Shown here in pieces: positions 1-12,365 of a stretch of DNA of 64,000 nt. Positions within the stretch are counted from its first letter, which is position 1; every line of letters begins with the position of its first letter. The notes under the pieces are model-generated. The model ran no database searches, was not told the origin of the DNA, and was given only the letters and a program-made list of their open reading frames with translations. Source of the stretch: Haplodiscus bocki. Taxonomy: Eukaryota. Position numbers and translations under genes: made by a program. The stretch lies in NCBI GenBank assembly GCA_965655095.1, contig OZ296651.1, positions 62,310,001 through 62,374,000 of the forward strand, read 5' to 3'.

Positions 1-2504
1 AACATTTAAACAGGGCACAGCTGGAGCCGCAACAGTAGCACGTTCCGCTTCAGCTGAGAAAACCTTTGCCCCCATCGCTGCTACCCCAAACCCTCTCCCA
101 AGTAGAAACCAATCCCGCAGTAACAAAAACCGATACGGCCGCCGTAATAGATCCCGATATGTAGACCCCCAAACTTGGAATAAAATGTGTAAAGACGTTG
201 AACCCGGTGGCTTCTTTCCTCAAAACGAACCTCAAACGCCACATGATCCTCCCCAAACGTTCATAAGCGAGCAACCTTGACTTGAAGTACCTATAACCCG
301 TGAATTGGAGCCCCAAACGGCAAAAATTTTGCGCAAAAATGACCCCGTCATTTTTGAAGTAAAGTGCACCGATAAAAGATGTAGAGACAAGGAATCAGAA
401 GCTGTAGCTTCTGGAGAAATTGTGAGAGGTAGCGGAATGTGGGTACCTGCCCAAGTAGAAAACCAGCTCTGCTGGGCGATTCTAGATACCGGCGCCAGTA
501 GAAGTTTAATGAGCCGCAGCCTGACCTCGGAGATAGGAAATCCTATCCTCCCGTACAACTGCAATCTTTTTGGACCAATAGGGAACGTGATACCCATTGA
601 CGGAATTATGCGCGCGGAAAATAGGCCCACATGCAACCTCGGACGAGTTTATCGTAGTTGACCAGTTGTACCCCCAGCTGTTAATTGGATTGAAATTTAT
701 GACTGAAAATGGCTGCCAAATGGAATTAGCCAGTAAACAATTCCTAATCAGAGATTCCGACAGTGAACCCACTGCAGTCGGTGTGCACATAGGCGATCGC
801 TATGAGCATCCAGCGGATGATCAAGCCTACATGATCCAAACAGTAAAAAATACAGAAAACCTAGAAAAGGATGACTTAAATGCTGAAATCGAAAACGACG
901 TAGATGAAATAATGCAACTCGCAGCGAGCGAACTGCAAAATGCCGAAATAAAACAAAAACTGAGAAAGCTAGTCAAACAGTACCGCGATGTTTTTGCGCT
1001 AGCAAGGGGCCCCTTCGGAACTGCAGTCGGGACCGAGCACTGAATTGAGACGAAAGACGCCGTGCCAATGAAAAAGGCCCCATTTAAAATTGCGCCTCAT
1101 AAACTTCCCGCCAACCGAGCTGAAATACAGGAGATGTTAGAAAAAGGCGTTATCGTACCAAGTAAAAACCCGTTCAGTAGCCCTGCTGTGATGGTCCCTA
1201 AAAAGGACGGTACGAAGAGAATGTGCATATACTATCGGAACGTTAATGAAATTACTGTGAAAGATGTGTATCCGCTCCCGCGGATCGGCCAGACGATTCA
1301 TGCGCTACAAGGTGCAGGATTCTTCTCATCCTTGGATTTGGCCACGGGATATTGGCAAGTACCGGTAGCCCAGGAAGACCGACATATGACCGCTTTTTGC
1401 ACCCCAGATGGGGGTTTTTTTCGAATTTGTAAAAATGCCGTTCGGACTGACGAACGCTCCCGCCACCTTTCAACGCCATATGAACAATATTTTTGCCGCG
1501 ACCTGTTTCAGCATGTGTTGATTTTCTTATATGACGTACTTACTTACAGCAAAACGCCGAACGATCACCTACATCACCTTGAGAAAGATTTTTTGACCCT
1601 GAGACGTGCTGGCTTGAAACTAAAACCGAAAAAATGTAATCTGTTCCAAACAAATGTGCATTATCTGGGACATGTAATTGACAAAGGCGGGATCAGACCC
1701 AATCCGCAAAAATTAGGTGCCGTTAGCAATTGGGAACGCCCAAAAACAGTCACGCAAGTCCGATCGTTCAGCGCATTCTGTAACTATTATCGGAAATTCG
1801 CCAAAAACCTTGCGGAAGTAACTAAACCTCTCTACGCGCTAACCAGTAAGGCCGTGATGTTCACATGGAGTGAAGACCACGAAGAGGCATTCCAATTGTT
1901 AAAAATGAGACTTTTGCAAGCCCCAATTCTGTCGTTTCCCAACTTTTCCTACCCGTTCGTAATAGACACGGATGCCAGTGAAACTGCTCTTGGAGCAGTT
2001 CTGTCGCAAGTGATCGAAAGAGAAGAGCGACCCGTGGCGTTCGAATCTAGAGTATTGACGAAAACTGAAGTAAACTATGCCACAACGAAACGAGAAGCTC
2101 TAGGAATTGTGCAGGCAGTGCAGTGGTTCAGACCCTATTTCTACGGAACGCAATGTATTGTTAGAACAGATCATGCAAGTTTACAATGGCTGTTCAGACA
2201 GAACGCAGATGGAATGACGTGAAGAATGATCCGGAAAATGCAGGAATATGATTATTGAATCGTACATCGTCCCGGAGAAAAACACAAAAATGCGGATGGT
2301 CTCAGTAGGCGTCCCAATGAAAAACACGAATGGAAAGTAGGCGAAGAGGAAGAACTTAGAGGAATCATCCCGCAATTTGAGACATTTGACATCGCCTTGG
2401 AAGGGGCAGAGAATGATATCAAGAGAAAAACGGGCCAAATTACGGAAAATGAGGAAGTGTTTCGACATGTGAAAGTGCAAGTACCGCATCCGCCAAGAGA
2501 AGTA

Positions 2505-2930
2505 GTTCGCTTTGAGACTGGAATTTTCATGGCGGCGTCGGAATCTTTGATTTTCTGTAATTCCAGGGTTATGCGTGTAAAAATGGAGCCAGTGGCTCAA
2601 GTTGTTGCCATGTATTCACATTTGAGGCCTGGACTCGACTCCGTTAACCGAGTTGGAGGAGTCTTAATTTATTGGGACCCGGAGCGGGAGCGTTACATCT
2701 ACCTCCTTCTCGTAAAAGAAAGATATAGTGATGTAGCAGAGTACGATAGACTAAAAGAATGCTTAGAACGAGTTAGGGAGCACGCGAATGTTAATGGAGT
2801 GTCTCACTTTGCAATGCCGAGGATAGGTTGCGTGGACAATAGACTGGAATGGATCAACGTGGCGATTTGCATCGATTCCATTTTTCAAAACAGTCATTGT
2901 ACAGTGACCGTGTATACGCCGGAGGATGAG
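2505..2930 (+). pseudogene. TARG1/OARD1 (Poa1p-like) macrodomain embedded in Pol between RNase H and integrase
   Basis: RYIYLLLVKERYS..YDRLKECLERVREHANVNGVSHFAMPRIGCVDNRLEWINVAICIDSIF..VTVY aligns without gaps to recalled TARG1 [61 protein letters not shown]..ITVY. Confidence 0.88.
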
Positions 2931-3339
2931 ATAGAAAGTTATCCAGCAGTTAATTTGACCCAAAGACGTGAAGGAAGTACAGCGGATTTTTGTGCCACTG
3001 TTACGCCGGACGAAATGCTTGCCGCTGAAAATGTGACAGAACGGATTTCGTGAACTAAGTCAGATAGCGCATTGGCCGAACAACAAAAATTAGATCCAGG
3101 CATCAGCTGTTTTCTAAATAATTTGAATAGTGGAACATTGAAACTGGACGGAACGTTAGAGTCCTTCGGAAAAAATCCTATTTCCAAAGATGATGCAATG
3201 TCATGGGGAAACCCCGAAGCAGTAGAACTATGGACAAAATGAGAGGAGCTAGCTACGTCCAACGCAGTAATTTTCAAAAGATGGAAGCCGAGTAACCGAG
3301 TAAATGAAGTATGGCAGGCTGTAGTTCCGAAATCTATGC

Positions 3340-4240
3340 GCTAAGAAGTTTCGTATCAATTACATGATGCGCCAACTAGCGGAGGCCATTTCGCGGTAGA
3401 GAAGACCTTAGCCAGAATTAAGCAGAGATTATGGTGGCCTTTCATGAGGTCTAACGTAGAACGGCATATAGCAAATTCCGATCGTTGCGCGGCCCGCTCC
3501 ACAGCATGAAAAAATCGTAGAGCAGAGCTACAATCGACCCAAGTTTTTAATTCGTTTAAAGTAATAGCAGCGGACATTTTAGGTCCTGTGACTTAGGCCT
3601 CGAAGTCCAAAGCGAAATACATCTTAGTAATCTCGGATCTGTACACGAAGCATGTAGTAACTGTACCTTTAAAAGACATGACGGCCGCCACTGTAGCTAA
3701 TGCGATGTGGAAGAGTGGATAATGAGATACGGCGCACCGGATGTATTACATACAGATCAAGGTACTAAATTCAACAGTGATTTGATGCAGGATATTTGCC
3801 GCCTGTTCATGATTGATAAAACAAGAACCACTCCATATCATATCCAAGGGAATGGGCAAGTAGAACGATTTAACAGGGTAATTGCAGACACAATTTCCAA
3901 ACATTGCGCGGAAAAACCGCACTTGTGGGACACGTACTTGCCAAAAGTCACGTTTGTTTATAACACGACGGTCCATCGAACGATAATGGAAAAGAACAAC
4001 GCAGACAGCGTGATTTTTTCACTAGAAAAGTACATGGCGATCCATTTAAACCAGGTGACTTAGTCTGGTTATTTGAGCCCCATAGAGCAAAGTCGCGGAA
4101 ACTCTATTTACCGTGGCAAGGCCCTTACGAAGTGCTGAATAGGACCAGTGAAGTGACGTACAAAATTTGCCAGAGAGGTCGGCCAGAAAAATGGACAAGG
4201 GTCCTTTTCAATCGATTAAAACCGTACATAGGCGAACCTG
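3340..4240 (+). pseudogene. Integrase region (HHCC zinc finger, DDE core, GPY/F module)
   Basis: LHDAPTSGGHFAVEKT..WWPFM..DRC; IAADILGP; LHTDQGTKF; YHIQGNGQVERFNR; WQGPYEV near 4115-4135. Frameshift near 3705 and an apparent internal deletion near 3985. Confidence 0.93.
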
Positions 4241-5057
4241 AAGTACGTCGTTCGAAAAGAAACGCTGCGAGACCGACGCCGCTGTATGAGGAAACTCCAG
4301 GCTAGAGTGATGAGTCAGACAGAGAAATCCAAGACCGCCCCTTCCATGTTTTCAGCGAGACCTCGACCGAAAGATAAGCAAATTGTAATAGACCGCGCGT
4401 TACTTTCGAAAAATTACCAGTCGTAATAGAGGAAAGCCAAAGTGAGAATGACCACCGAATGATTAGTCACCCGTACGAAGAAGTATCCCCTAGACAACCT
4501 TCCCCTCCGATAGCGACATATGAACAAATCGACGGAAACGACAGTGATTATGAAATACCCGACCGTTGTAGCCCCCGAGTTCCCTTGGAGAACGCTAGAG
4601 AGAAGCCAGAGACTTTAGCGATACCTGATGTTGACGAATCGAACTCCAATGTGCCAGCCGGCAGATCCCGACGTCCGCCTATTCGCTTTGGAATAGACGA
4701 GTACGTCAGCAGCAAATCAAAATAAATTCCCGACTACGGTCGACTGTCTTGCGAGCGAAGTCGTCCAACCTTAACATGCTCGCTGAACGCGAATATTTTC
4801 TTTTTTTATTTCTTCTCTTTTTTTCCTTTTTTGCGTTCCAATTAGTCATAACGTCATCATCTATAAAATAAAACACGATTGTTTCTGAATCACATTCCTG
4901 AGTCATAAGTACGCTTACTCATAATCGACGTTATAGATTCGGTTTTCACTTATCATTCTCCAAGCAACTCTCTTATAACTCAGTCGTAAGTGCTGTGCGC
5001 GTTGCAGTGAGAAAATTAATTAACGCCTATACTTCAAAATTTCCGGAACCCAACAAA

Positions 5058-7276
5058 ATGCAGAGTTTACCCAAGTTCAACTTTTACTTGCTATCGTTAA
5101 TATTAGCAGTTGCATCCGAGGACGACGATTTCGATAGGTGGGCTTTTCAAAGACAACAGGGCGCCCAACAATTTGTAAACGGGTCTCACTCGATCTCAGG
5201 AGCCGCGTTCACGTCGGAATCCCCAGTCGTGTTAGTGAAAGCAATTAAAACTATCTGGACGTATATTCCGTTTCCCCCGTTACCCCGGTTAGACCCAAAA
5301 CCGTTGAATTCTATTCTAGAAGACGCTTTCCGACGGCTAACCGACCTAGATGTGAGAATTTTCTCAAAAGAATGCGCAGATGCGCAGTTGTTTACTTATT
5401 GGAAACAGTTGCTTGAAGACAGTTTGGCAGAGGTTTTTCACAGTCAAAAAATGTTTGAGGTGGATCTGCAAGGTATGAAAAGAGCGATGATGGTTTTCCT
5501 TCACCATACTATTGACGACATTCCGCTAGAAAGTCCGAACAGATATCGCCGAAGCATCATCGGAGCTGTAGTAGGGTCAGTAATAGGAAGCGAATTATCT
5601 AGAGTCTTCGTTCAACCCCTGACACGGCCGTTAGTGGACAAGTTTTCATGCTTCGTGGATAAGTTGGTGCCGTTCGGCTTGATATGCCAAAATGACCGAC
5701 GCAAAGCGATTGAAAAGTTATCCCAAGAAGTCGAATTTTTGGAGGATCAAGTATTTTTGCTGAAAACACGCTTACTAGAAGCCATTATGGTCAAAATGCC
5801 GGCAGATGTAATAAATCGGAAGTTAGCTAGGCTGGGAGATACCTTAGAAGAGAATGTGCGAATGTTATATAATTCCATAAACACCGCTGTACAAGAAGTC
5901 ACGGATTTTGTTGAGAAAGGAGAATGCGCGGTTCGCTACATCCAAGACCGACATAGAAATACTCTAATCATCGCCGCCAATTTTCAAAATTTATCAACGC
6001 AGTGTCGAAGAATTATTAACGACATAAACTTGAGAAGAATTTCGTTAGCTAATATGGCTGCAACGATGCAGGATGCAATGTCGTCGCTTGTACACGGTTA
6101 CCTTCCAGTTTCGCTCATACCACCGGCTACGCTGAAGGAGATATTAAACAATTTGAATTCTTTGGTCTGAACGAGGCGATCCCGCGGATGTTAATAGCGG
6201 CCTATTTTACGTTTGAGGTGGTTAGGGACGCGTATGTATCCGATGAGGGGTTGCATTTGTTATCAGAAATCCCCTTAAACTCGGGACATGGGGTACATGA
6301 AGTTCTTAGAGCCACCCCAATTCCCCAGCCAATCTCGAACACTGAACAAGCCACCCAGTATCAACTTAACAAGACGCACCTCCTAATGTCCTGGGACAAG
6401 ACCAATTTCGCTGAGGTAACAGAGCAAGAACATTCCAAACACTGCTGGGGCTCCCACTGCATAAGACTCTGCAAACAGCCATTTTCCACCACCCGATCGC
6501 AGAAAACCACTTGTCTCACGGGGTTTTCCTTCAACCTCCCTGCTAATGAACTAAAACTATGCGCACAAGAAGTGATAGCTCTCCCACAAAACCCACAAGC
6601 CCTCTATCTTTACGACTCTACCTATTTGTTGACGTCCGCCAAAGGAGATTTTGTAATTCAGAACGTCACAGCTTCGGGAGACCTCAAAATTAATGGGTGC
6701 CAAAGTTGCCTCGTTCGACCAACGTGTGATGAACGGCTACAATTGCCGAATGCGGGGTTATTCTTGATACCCGATCCACTTTCATGTTTGACGGAGAGTA
6801 GTAAAGTTGTTCGTATCCTCTCAACCTCCTTTTTACGATCTTTATTTGACAAACTAAAAAAATTTGAAGAATTTGTTGCTCCCGAATTGATGGGAGATAT
6901 TCATCTGAAGTTACTAATGCATTTGAAATTGAATTATGCTGGATTGCCAGACCGTTCCGTCACAGACGAAATGCTTGAGTTGATTGCGCCGCCATTTCTG
7001 CAAGAGTTGAAGACAGTACAAACAACCCTCATCAGGAAAGTGTGGTGTGATGTCATGCTGCCTTATGTGTCTACACGTTTGATGTTGGTACTGGCTGCAG
7101 CTGTAACATGGGCGCTCAGGAGAGGAAAAATTGTATGCAGTCCGCCGATTCATCGAGGGAACACAAAGAGACGAAGGCGCCGCTGTGCCCCTGGCAGACG
7201 TAGTAGCATAAGCAACAAAAGAAGGCGATGTATCGCAGCCCCTAGCAAAGACGACCCCTGGGAAAGCAGCTGCTAA
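5058..7276 (+). pseudogene. env: env-like class I fusion glycoprotein (errantivirus/baculovirus-F-like architecture), one frameshift near 6165
   Basis: Signal peptide MQSLPKFNFYLLSLILAVA; furin site RYRR (5541-5552) followed by fusion peptide SIIGAVVGSVIG; heptad-repeat segments; GYLPVSLIPPATLKEIL; Cys-rich region; C-terminal hydrophobic LMLVLAAAVTWAL plus basic tail. Confidence 0.85.
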
Positions 7277-7780
7277 AATAACAGCTAAGTAAAAAAAGGG
7301 AACTTAAAACATTTTGCTCTTTCCTGGAGACCTATTGTCAAAACACATAAAAAAAATATTAATGTATACATATAATCGTAAGAGAAAAAAACTAGTTATC
7401 AAAGTGCTTTAAAACCCCACCTGTACTTATTTGCCTAGATAAGCTTTTGATAAACATCCCCACCCGCATTTATCTGCAGCTGTATTGTTGATTTTGTTAA
7501 GCTTCATCCCCACTTGGATGCATGTTGATGTTTATGAATAACGTACTGCCGCAGGTGATATGTTCTGCAGGTGATATTTTATTTGTTTGAAAATTGAATT
7601 ACGAGGAGAAATAAATAAATAAGAATATAAGATTACTAAGATTAGCGAAAAACGAAAGAAGACGGACATCTCATCAGTTATCAAATTTTGTTGCTAAGAA
7701 TCAGTCGCTCCCATCTACAACAATTAGAAGAACAATTTCAGACCTGCTCTTATGCCGAAATTATTAAACGAAAAAAAAAT

Positions 7781-8623
7781 ATGTTACCTTTTGTCCCAAC
7801 CGCGCAGACAAGACCTAGAAACTTTGAATCTATGAGGTCCAGCACAGTTTATAACCCGGCACCGTATGAAGTCCTCGGAGCAAATATGCCGGAGACAGCT
7901 GGATTCTCACCGCTAACTATCAGAGTTGGGAAACCCTTGAGCTCATATAAACTTAACAAGATTGAAAGTACAAGGCCAAATTCGGACTATGTCTACTTCC
8001 ACCTCGAGAAATATTGCGCACTGGACGGCCTGTGGTATCCTCAGTGGCTGCAGTTGAATATTTACTGAGAAATGTTTAGAGAAAATTTGTTGGCCGTATT
8101 CAAGGCATCATTAGAACGGCCAGAGCGCACAAATTTCCTTTTAACGCTCGCCAGATATTTGGCCCTCAAAGACGACGCACCACAAGCCGCGAGAAATCCA
8201 AGGAGCACCCGTTACCACTGGCGAGGGCCTATGCATACCGCAATTTGGGCGGAACTACAGCGAGAAGTACCGGGGGCCGAACACTATCAAGTATACCCCC
8301 AGCCTCCCCGACGACCCTGTGTGGACGTTAGTCAATTTCAGAGGGTAATGTTGGCCTATATTTCAAGCAGTGCGGCGACTTCCTCTATCACTACACCCGC
8401 CGCTAGCACATTTACCGCGTCTACCAGGGGAAGAAACCGAGAATTTGATTGCGATGAGGTGAGCCAAACCGAAACAGAAATATCAGTCAATGTTGACAGC
8501 GACACCGACAGTGTCGACACCACTGCAGCAGTCGTCTTCACGCCGGCAGCGAAATTAATTAAAAGGCTCGCCGCAAACAAGGAAGAAACGGATGGCGCAG
8601 GCCCTTTGACGTCACATAATTAG
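7781..8623 (+). pseudogene. ORF3, unknown accessory protein (~280 codons, one in-frame TGA at 8066-8068)
   Basis: ORFs 7688..8068 and 8072..8623 share a frame and are separated by one stop; ATG at 7781; coding-like composition; S/T/D-rich tail. Confidence 0.65.
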
Positions 8624-8754
8624 AACGTAAAAGAGATGGGAGACGTAAAAAGGTGAAGTCTGTAAGCACGAACATTCACTTATGGCTATTAAAATTATTT
8701 ATCCTTGTAATAGACAAAACCCTCTCCTCATACTACTCAGGAGAGTAGTAGTCC

Positions 8755-8767
8755 AAGTGGGGGGGAA
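8755..8767 (+). other. Polypurine tract
   Basis: aagtgggggggaa immediately followed by TGTGG, downstream of the last sense ORF. Confidence 0.8.
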
Positions 8768-8927
8768 TGTGGAAAATATACTACAATTTTTTTGTTTTTG
8801 TTATTTTGTGTTTAATATTTTTTTTCTTTTTTTCGCATTATTGATGAAGGAATTACTCTTAAAGTTAAATAAATACTAACTCGAAGAGGTTGAAGAGCTA
8901 AAATTAAGACCGTTGAATAATTATTAC

Positions 8928-10016
8928 TTAAGAAGAAGGCCCTAGACCAATAGCGTCCTTACGCGTATAACCTAGCTCAGAGGACTGTAAAGGGGGGACG
9001 CGATTACTTTTAAATTTACGGGCAACCGCTTCTTCAATGTGTAAGGATGATAATAAACGAGGAGACTGCTGTTCCCAATAATTCCAGTGTTTTTGTAGCT
9101 TTTCCTTACTTTCCTTGGGGCCTGTAGGAGGAGAAAACACCCACTCGCGTAGTGCTGAAAGACCTTTTGTACGGAAAATTTCGCGCCACTCACCACGGCG
9201 CACACCAAAAGTATACCCATACAGCGTTTGAAGGATGACGTGCTGATTCGACGTAGTAGCGGCGTCCCATCCGGATAAAATTGTTGGTGAACCTGTGTCC
9301 AATGTTAAAACGGCGTGAGCAAGAAGGTGCGGAATATAAATCAAACCGCCGGGACGCTGGATAGTAAATTGTAAATAACGTGCCTCACGTTCACGTGGGC
9401 CGTGCTGCATCAATTGTATAAAACCTTCGGAAGAGTGGCAGCAACGTTCAAACAGGCGAGTACCGGAGGAGGAAGAAGAAGTGCACCAAATTTTGACTCC
9501 TTTGTTTAATAAAGCGAAAGAAGCGCCGCCGCCGACTTCCGTATGAGCGTAAGTGAACCACGGTCCGTTCATTAATAATCCCATGCAACTAGTAACAATT
9601 TGATCAAGGAAACATTACGGGGATAAACAGTGGCTGAAGTTCATATCGGCTTGGATAGAATTTATAAATTGACGTGTAACGACATAGTGGGGACCTTTGG
9701 TAATGCCGGTTAAGGGGTGTGAGGGAATAATATTTACATGGTTCCAAGTTAAATTAGGACGGTCACAGAACAGCTTTAAAACACTCTTAGGCTTTACTTT
9801 AACACCAGACAAGATACACGGGACAAGTGGGGAATTAACAGTAAAATCAAAACGGGGCCAATTTTCATTAATAAGGGAATCTTCAATGTTGACGGGATTA
9901 ATAGGCATAGGGCCAAAAAGGCTTTTCATAAGCTCTAAAACAATTAAACTACGCGTTTCAAAGTCGGAATATTAGCAGAGTTCACGTTTACAATCCAAAT
10001 CATTCATATTTGCCAT
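8928..10016 (-). pseudogene. JmjC-domain 2OG/Fe(II) dioxygenase (KDM2/7- or JMJD6-like motifs), ~362 codons with two in-frame TAA and no frameshift
   Basis: ATG at 10016 is in frame with ORFs 9615..9929 and 8928..9584. Motifs FTYAHTEVGGGASFALLNKGVKIW (H-x-E at 9545-9537, 2OG-binding Lys) and IQRPGGLIYIPHLLAHAVLTLD (distal His at 9317-9315). Confidence 0.9.
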
Positions 10017-10169
10017 TTTTGCAATTATGATTTTGCTGTGTTAAAGCACGTGAAATGAGTGAAATTTAGCAGTGAGAATGATACCCGGAAAGTGAATATT
10101 GAACTGAATAAGCACTACGTTGGAATGTGAACAAGCAGCGGAACAACTATTAGTTATTTTGGAACGACC

Positions 10170-10275
10170 TTGTCACGTGTATTAACATAGCAAAGCAACA
10201 GCAGCATGAAATTTAAAAAGTGGTTTATTTCGAGCCCTAACTTTAACGTCCATTTTCTCGAAGACTATTATAGAT
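10170..10275 (-). promoter_or_regulatory. Candidate antisense promoter of the JmjC gene (TATA-like box and E-box)
   Basis: GACTATTATAGAT (minus strand TATAATA, 10263-10275) and CACGTG (10174-10179) are both retained in the diverged copy (22503-22515; 22414-22419). Confidence 0.4.
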
Positions 10276-12299
10276 AGAACAGAACAGTTTTCACCAATAG
10301 AAACTGCATTCCAAAAGAAACAAGTTCGAGGATTTTCACTGCATTCTGAAAGTAGAAAGTTGTCGAAAGATTAAAACGAATATTATTACGGTCAGGAAAA
10401 TGGTACAATCGTGCATTCACAGTTCAGTTGCAACTTTAGAAGCGCATAAAAGTGAGAGGGGAGTGGAACCAAATTGTTGTAAATACAAAAGGAAGACAAT
10501 AGTAGTGATTTTGGAGTGATTCTTGACCACGAGCACGGCCACCAACACCCCACGTATTAGCATATTTACGCTCTCGCTGCTCAAAATTAGAGCTGTTTTT
10601 TTAATCTTCCCCAATGTTTGCTTGCTTATTTCTCAAAGATGAAAAAAGATATCGACAAACGGTTTAAACCATTGTAAACTACATCCATATGAAAACTTAG
10701 GTTTGGAATATGAGCAAAATCAGACGAATTTAAGATATTGAAAATTTGTAGCAAACGAAAAGTGTACCCCAGAAATTGGTGAAATGAGTGCAGTTAAAAA
10801 TTTATTCTGAGCGAACCACGCATCAGAAGAGGCTCGCATTAGTCTTAAACGGAAGATATTTAGATGGACTAATGTCTCTGAAAAGATGAATCGATTATAT
10901 TCAGTTATTTTGGAGAACGGAGGAAGAAATGGCCAAAAAACGCCCAAAAAAGTCTAAAATCGTCAAAAATCACAGATTTCTCTTATTAGTTAACCAATAG
11001 CCAATAGAAATCAACAATTTTACTATACTAACGATTGAAAGCTTGTTATTAGAAGGACTGGAGAATAACAATAGAACAAGCATAGCAAGCTGCAATTGGG
11101 CGCCCCACAAAATTACAACTAGCTAAAAACACGGATTTTGGAAAATGTCGACTTGCAAAACGGCTACACCCCCGCACCTTTTTGAAGATAGAAAGGTGAA
11201 AAATTAACATATTGCTCCTAAAAACCTCCCCTAACAAAACTCCCAGGGATTTGTCGAAAATTTGCCTGTACGTTGAGAAAATCGACTTTGAAGGTGGACC
11301 TAGGTAGTCAAAAATGGCCAAAATCGGTACTTTTGCGGAGAATTGAATAACTTTTTTTTGAGACCAGCTAGAGAGCTCATCTTTTCATCAAAATACTCCC
11401 CTTCAAAAGTAAAAACACGAAAATGCCACCCCCGCCCTGGAAAAAAATACACGTTGAGAAAAAGGACCTCAAAATGACCAAAAATCAATATTTCGGATAT
11501 GGAATTTCGGCTACTTTCAGACAATCGCATTTTTCGACCATGAATATTGAAAGTAACTAGAACAAAGTATACATTGCCAGAAATTACCTTTAAAACCGCG
11601 TGTAATGTTGTGCTTTTTTTATTTCTATGACAATTATGACAAACACAATTAATTGTTGAAATTTGGAAAAAATTTACGACTTTCTTCTGACATTTATTTT
11701 TGCATGGATGTTATGACGGCAATTGTTAAGGAAGATATTTTATTCGCCTATTTTGGAAGCACTTGACCCGGGAAGACGATTAGCATAGCTGACACATCAA
11801 CCGAAAGAACGTGTCAATCAAAAACGTGACACTTACCAATAAAAAGCAAATGATGAAAGAACAGTCACTTGACTTTATTACAGAATATTAGTGGTGACGA
11901 CCACCAACTACCTAGTCTTCATCTGAAACTGGACATATTATTGATACCAAAACAGGCCGAAAATAATTTACTATTACCGAAAGCCAGCGAAAGTGGCTAA
12001 AAGAGAAATTTCCATTAGTAATAACTGACGAAAAAGAACGAAAGTAATGATTTCAAGAAACGACGAAACCGGGACACCCCCTAGCGGCAAAAGGAGAGGG
12101 AAAAGCGCCAAATTCGAAAAAACAGCCTAAAGAAAAGTGCAAAACAAGAGTGAGTTGAACTGTGGGACAGTTGCTACTTTAGTGGAGCCGGAAAATCTTG
12201 TCTTTAACTTAGTCCGGGACTAACGTTAGAGATATCTCGACAATCCGGGATTGTGAAACATTTTTAGCGATTCGAAACTGTTTGCTTGTGGTCTGGGAC

Positions 12300-12365
12300 C
12301 ATAAATACCAGCTTTGTGGTCGATCAGAGCTGTCAAGTCCGTGTGCGATCGGATTTGGAATAAAG
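12300..12365 (+). promoter_or_regulatory. Candidate LTR TATA-like box and polyadenylation signal
   Basis: cATAAATAcc at 12300-12309 and AATAAA at 12359-12364. Confidence 0.4.

Larger units (their letters stand above)
2..4725 (+). pseudogene. pol: pol polyprotein (aspartic protease, RT, RNase H, macrodomain, integrase), disrupted by several stops and frameshifts
   Basis: Protease AILDTGAS; RT PFSSPAVMVPKKDG, YPLPRI, LDLATGYWQV, catalytic motif decayed to FLYDVL; RNase H TDASETALGAVLSQ, EALGIV, TDHASL; integrase follows. Frame +2 is also open from 2 to 277 with one TGA before the protease ORF. Confidence 0.95.

Noticed and set aside
50-3976. Minus-strand ORFs over pol, and the similar plus-strand ORFs 9697..9975 and 20851..21288 over JmjC
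   Set aside because: Shadow ORFs opposite real coding frames, with no motifs.
8928-10016. JmjC as a host gene or a readthrough/recoded gene
   Set aside because: Intronless, inside a repeated block; one TAA aligns to TAT in copy 2, so the stops are best explained as decay.
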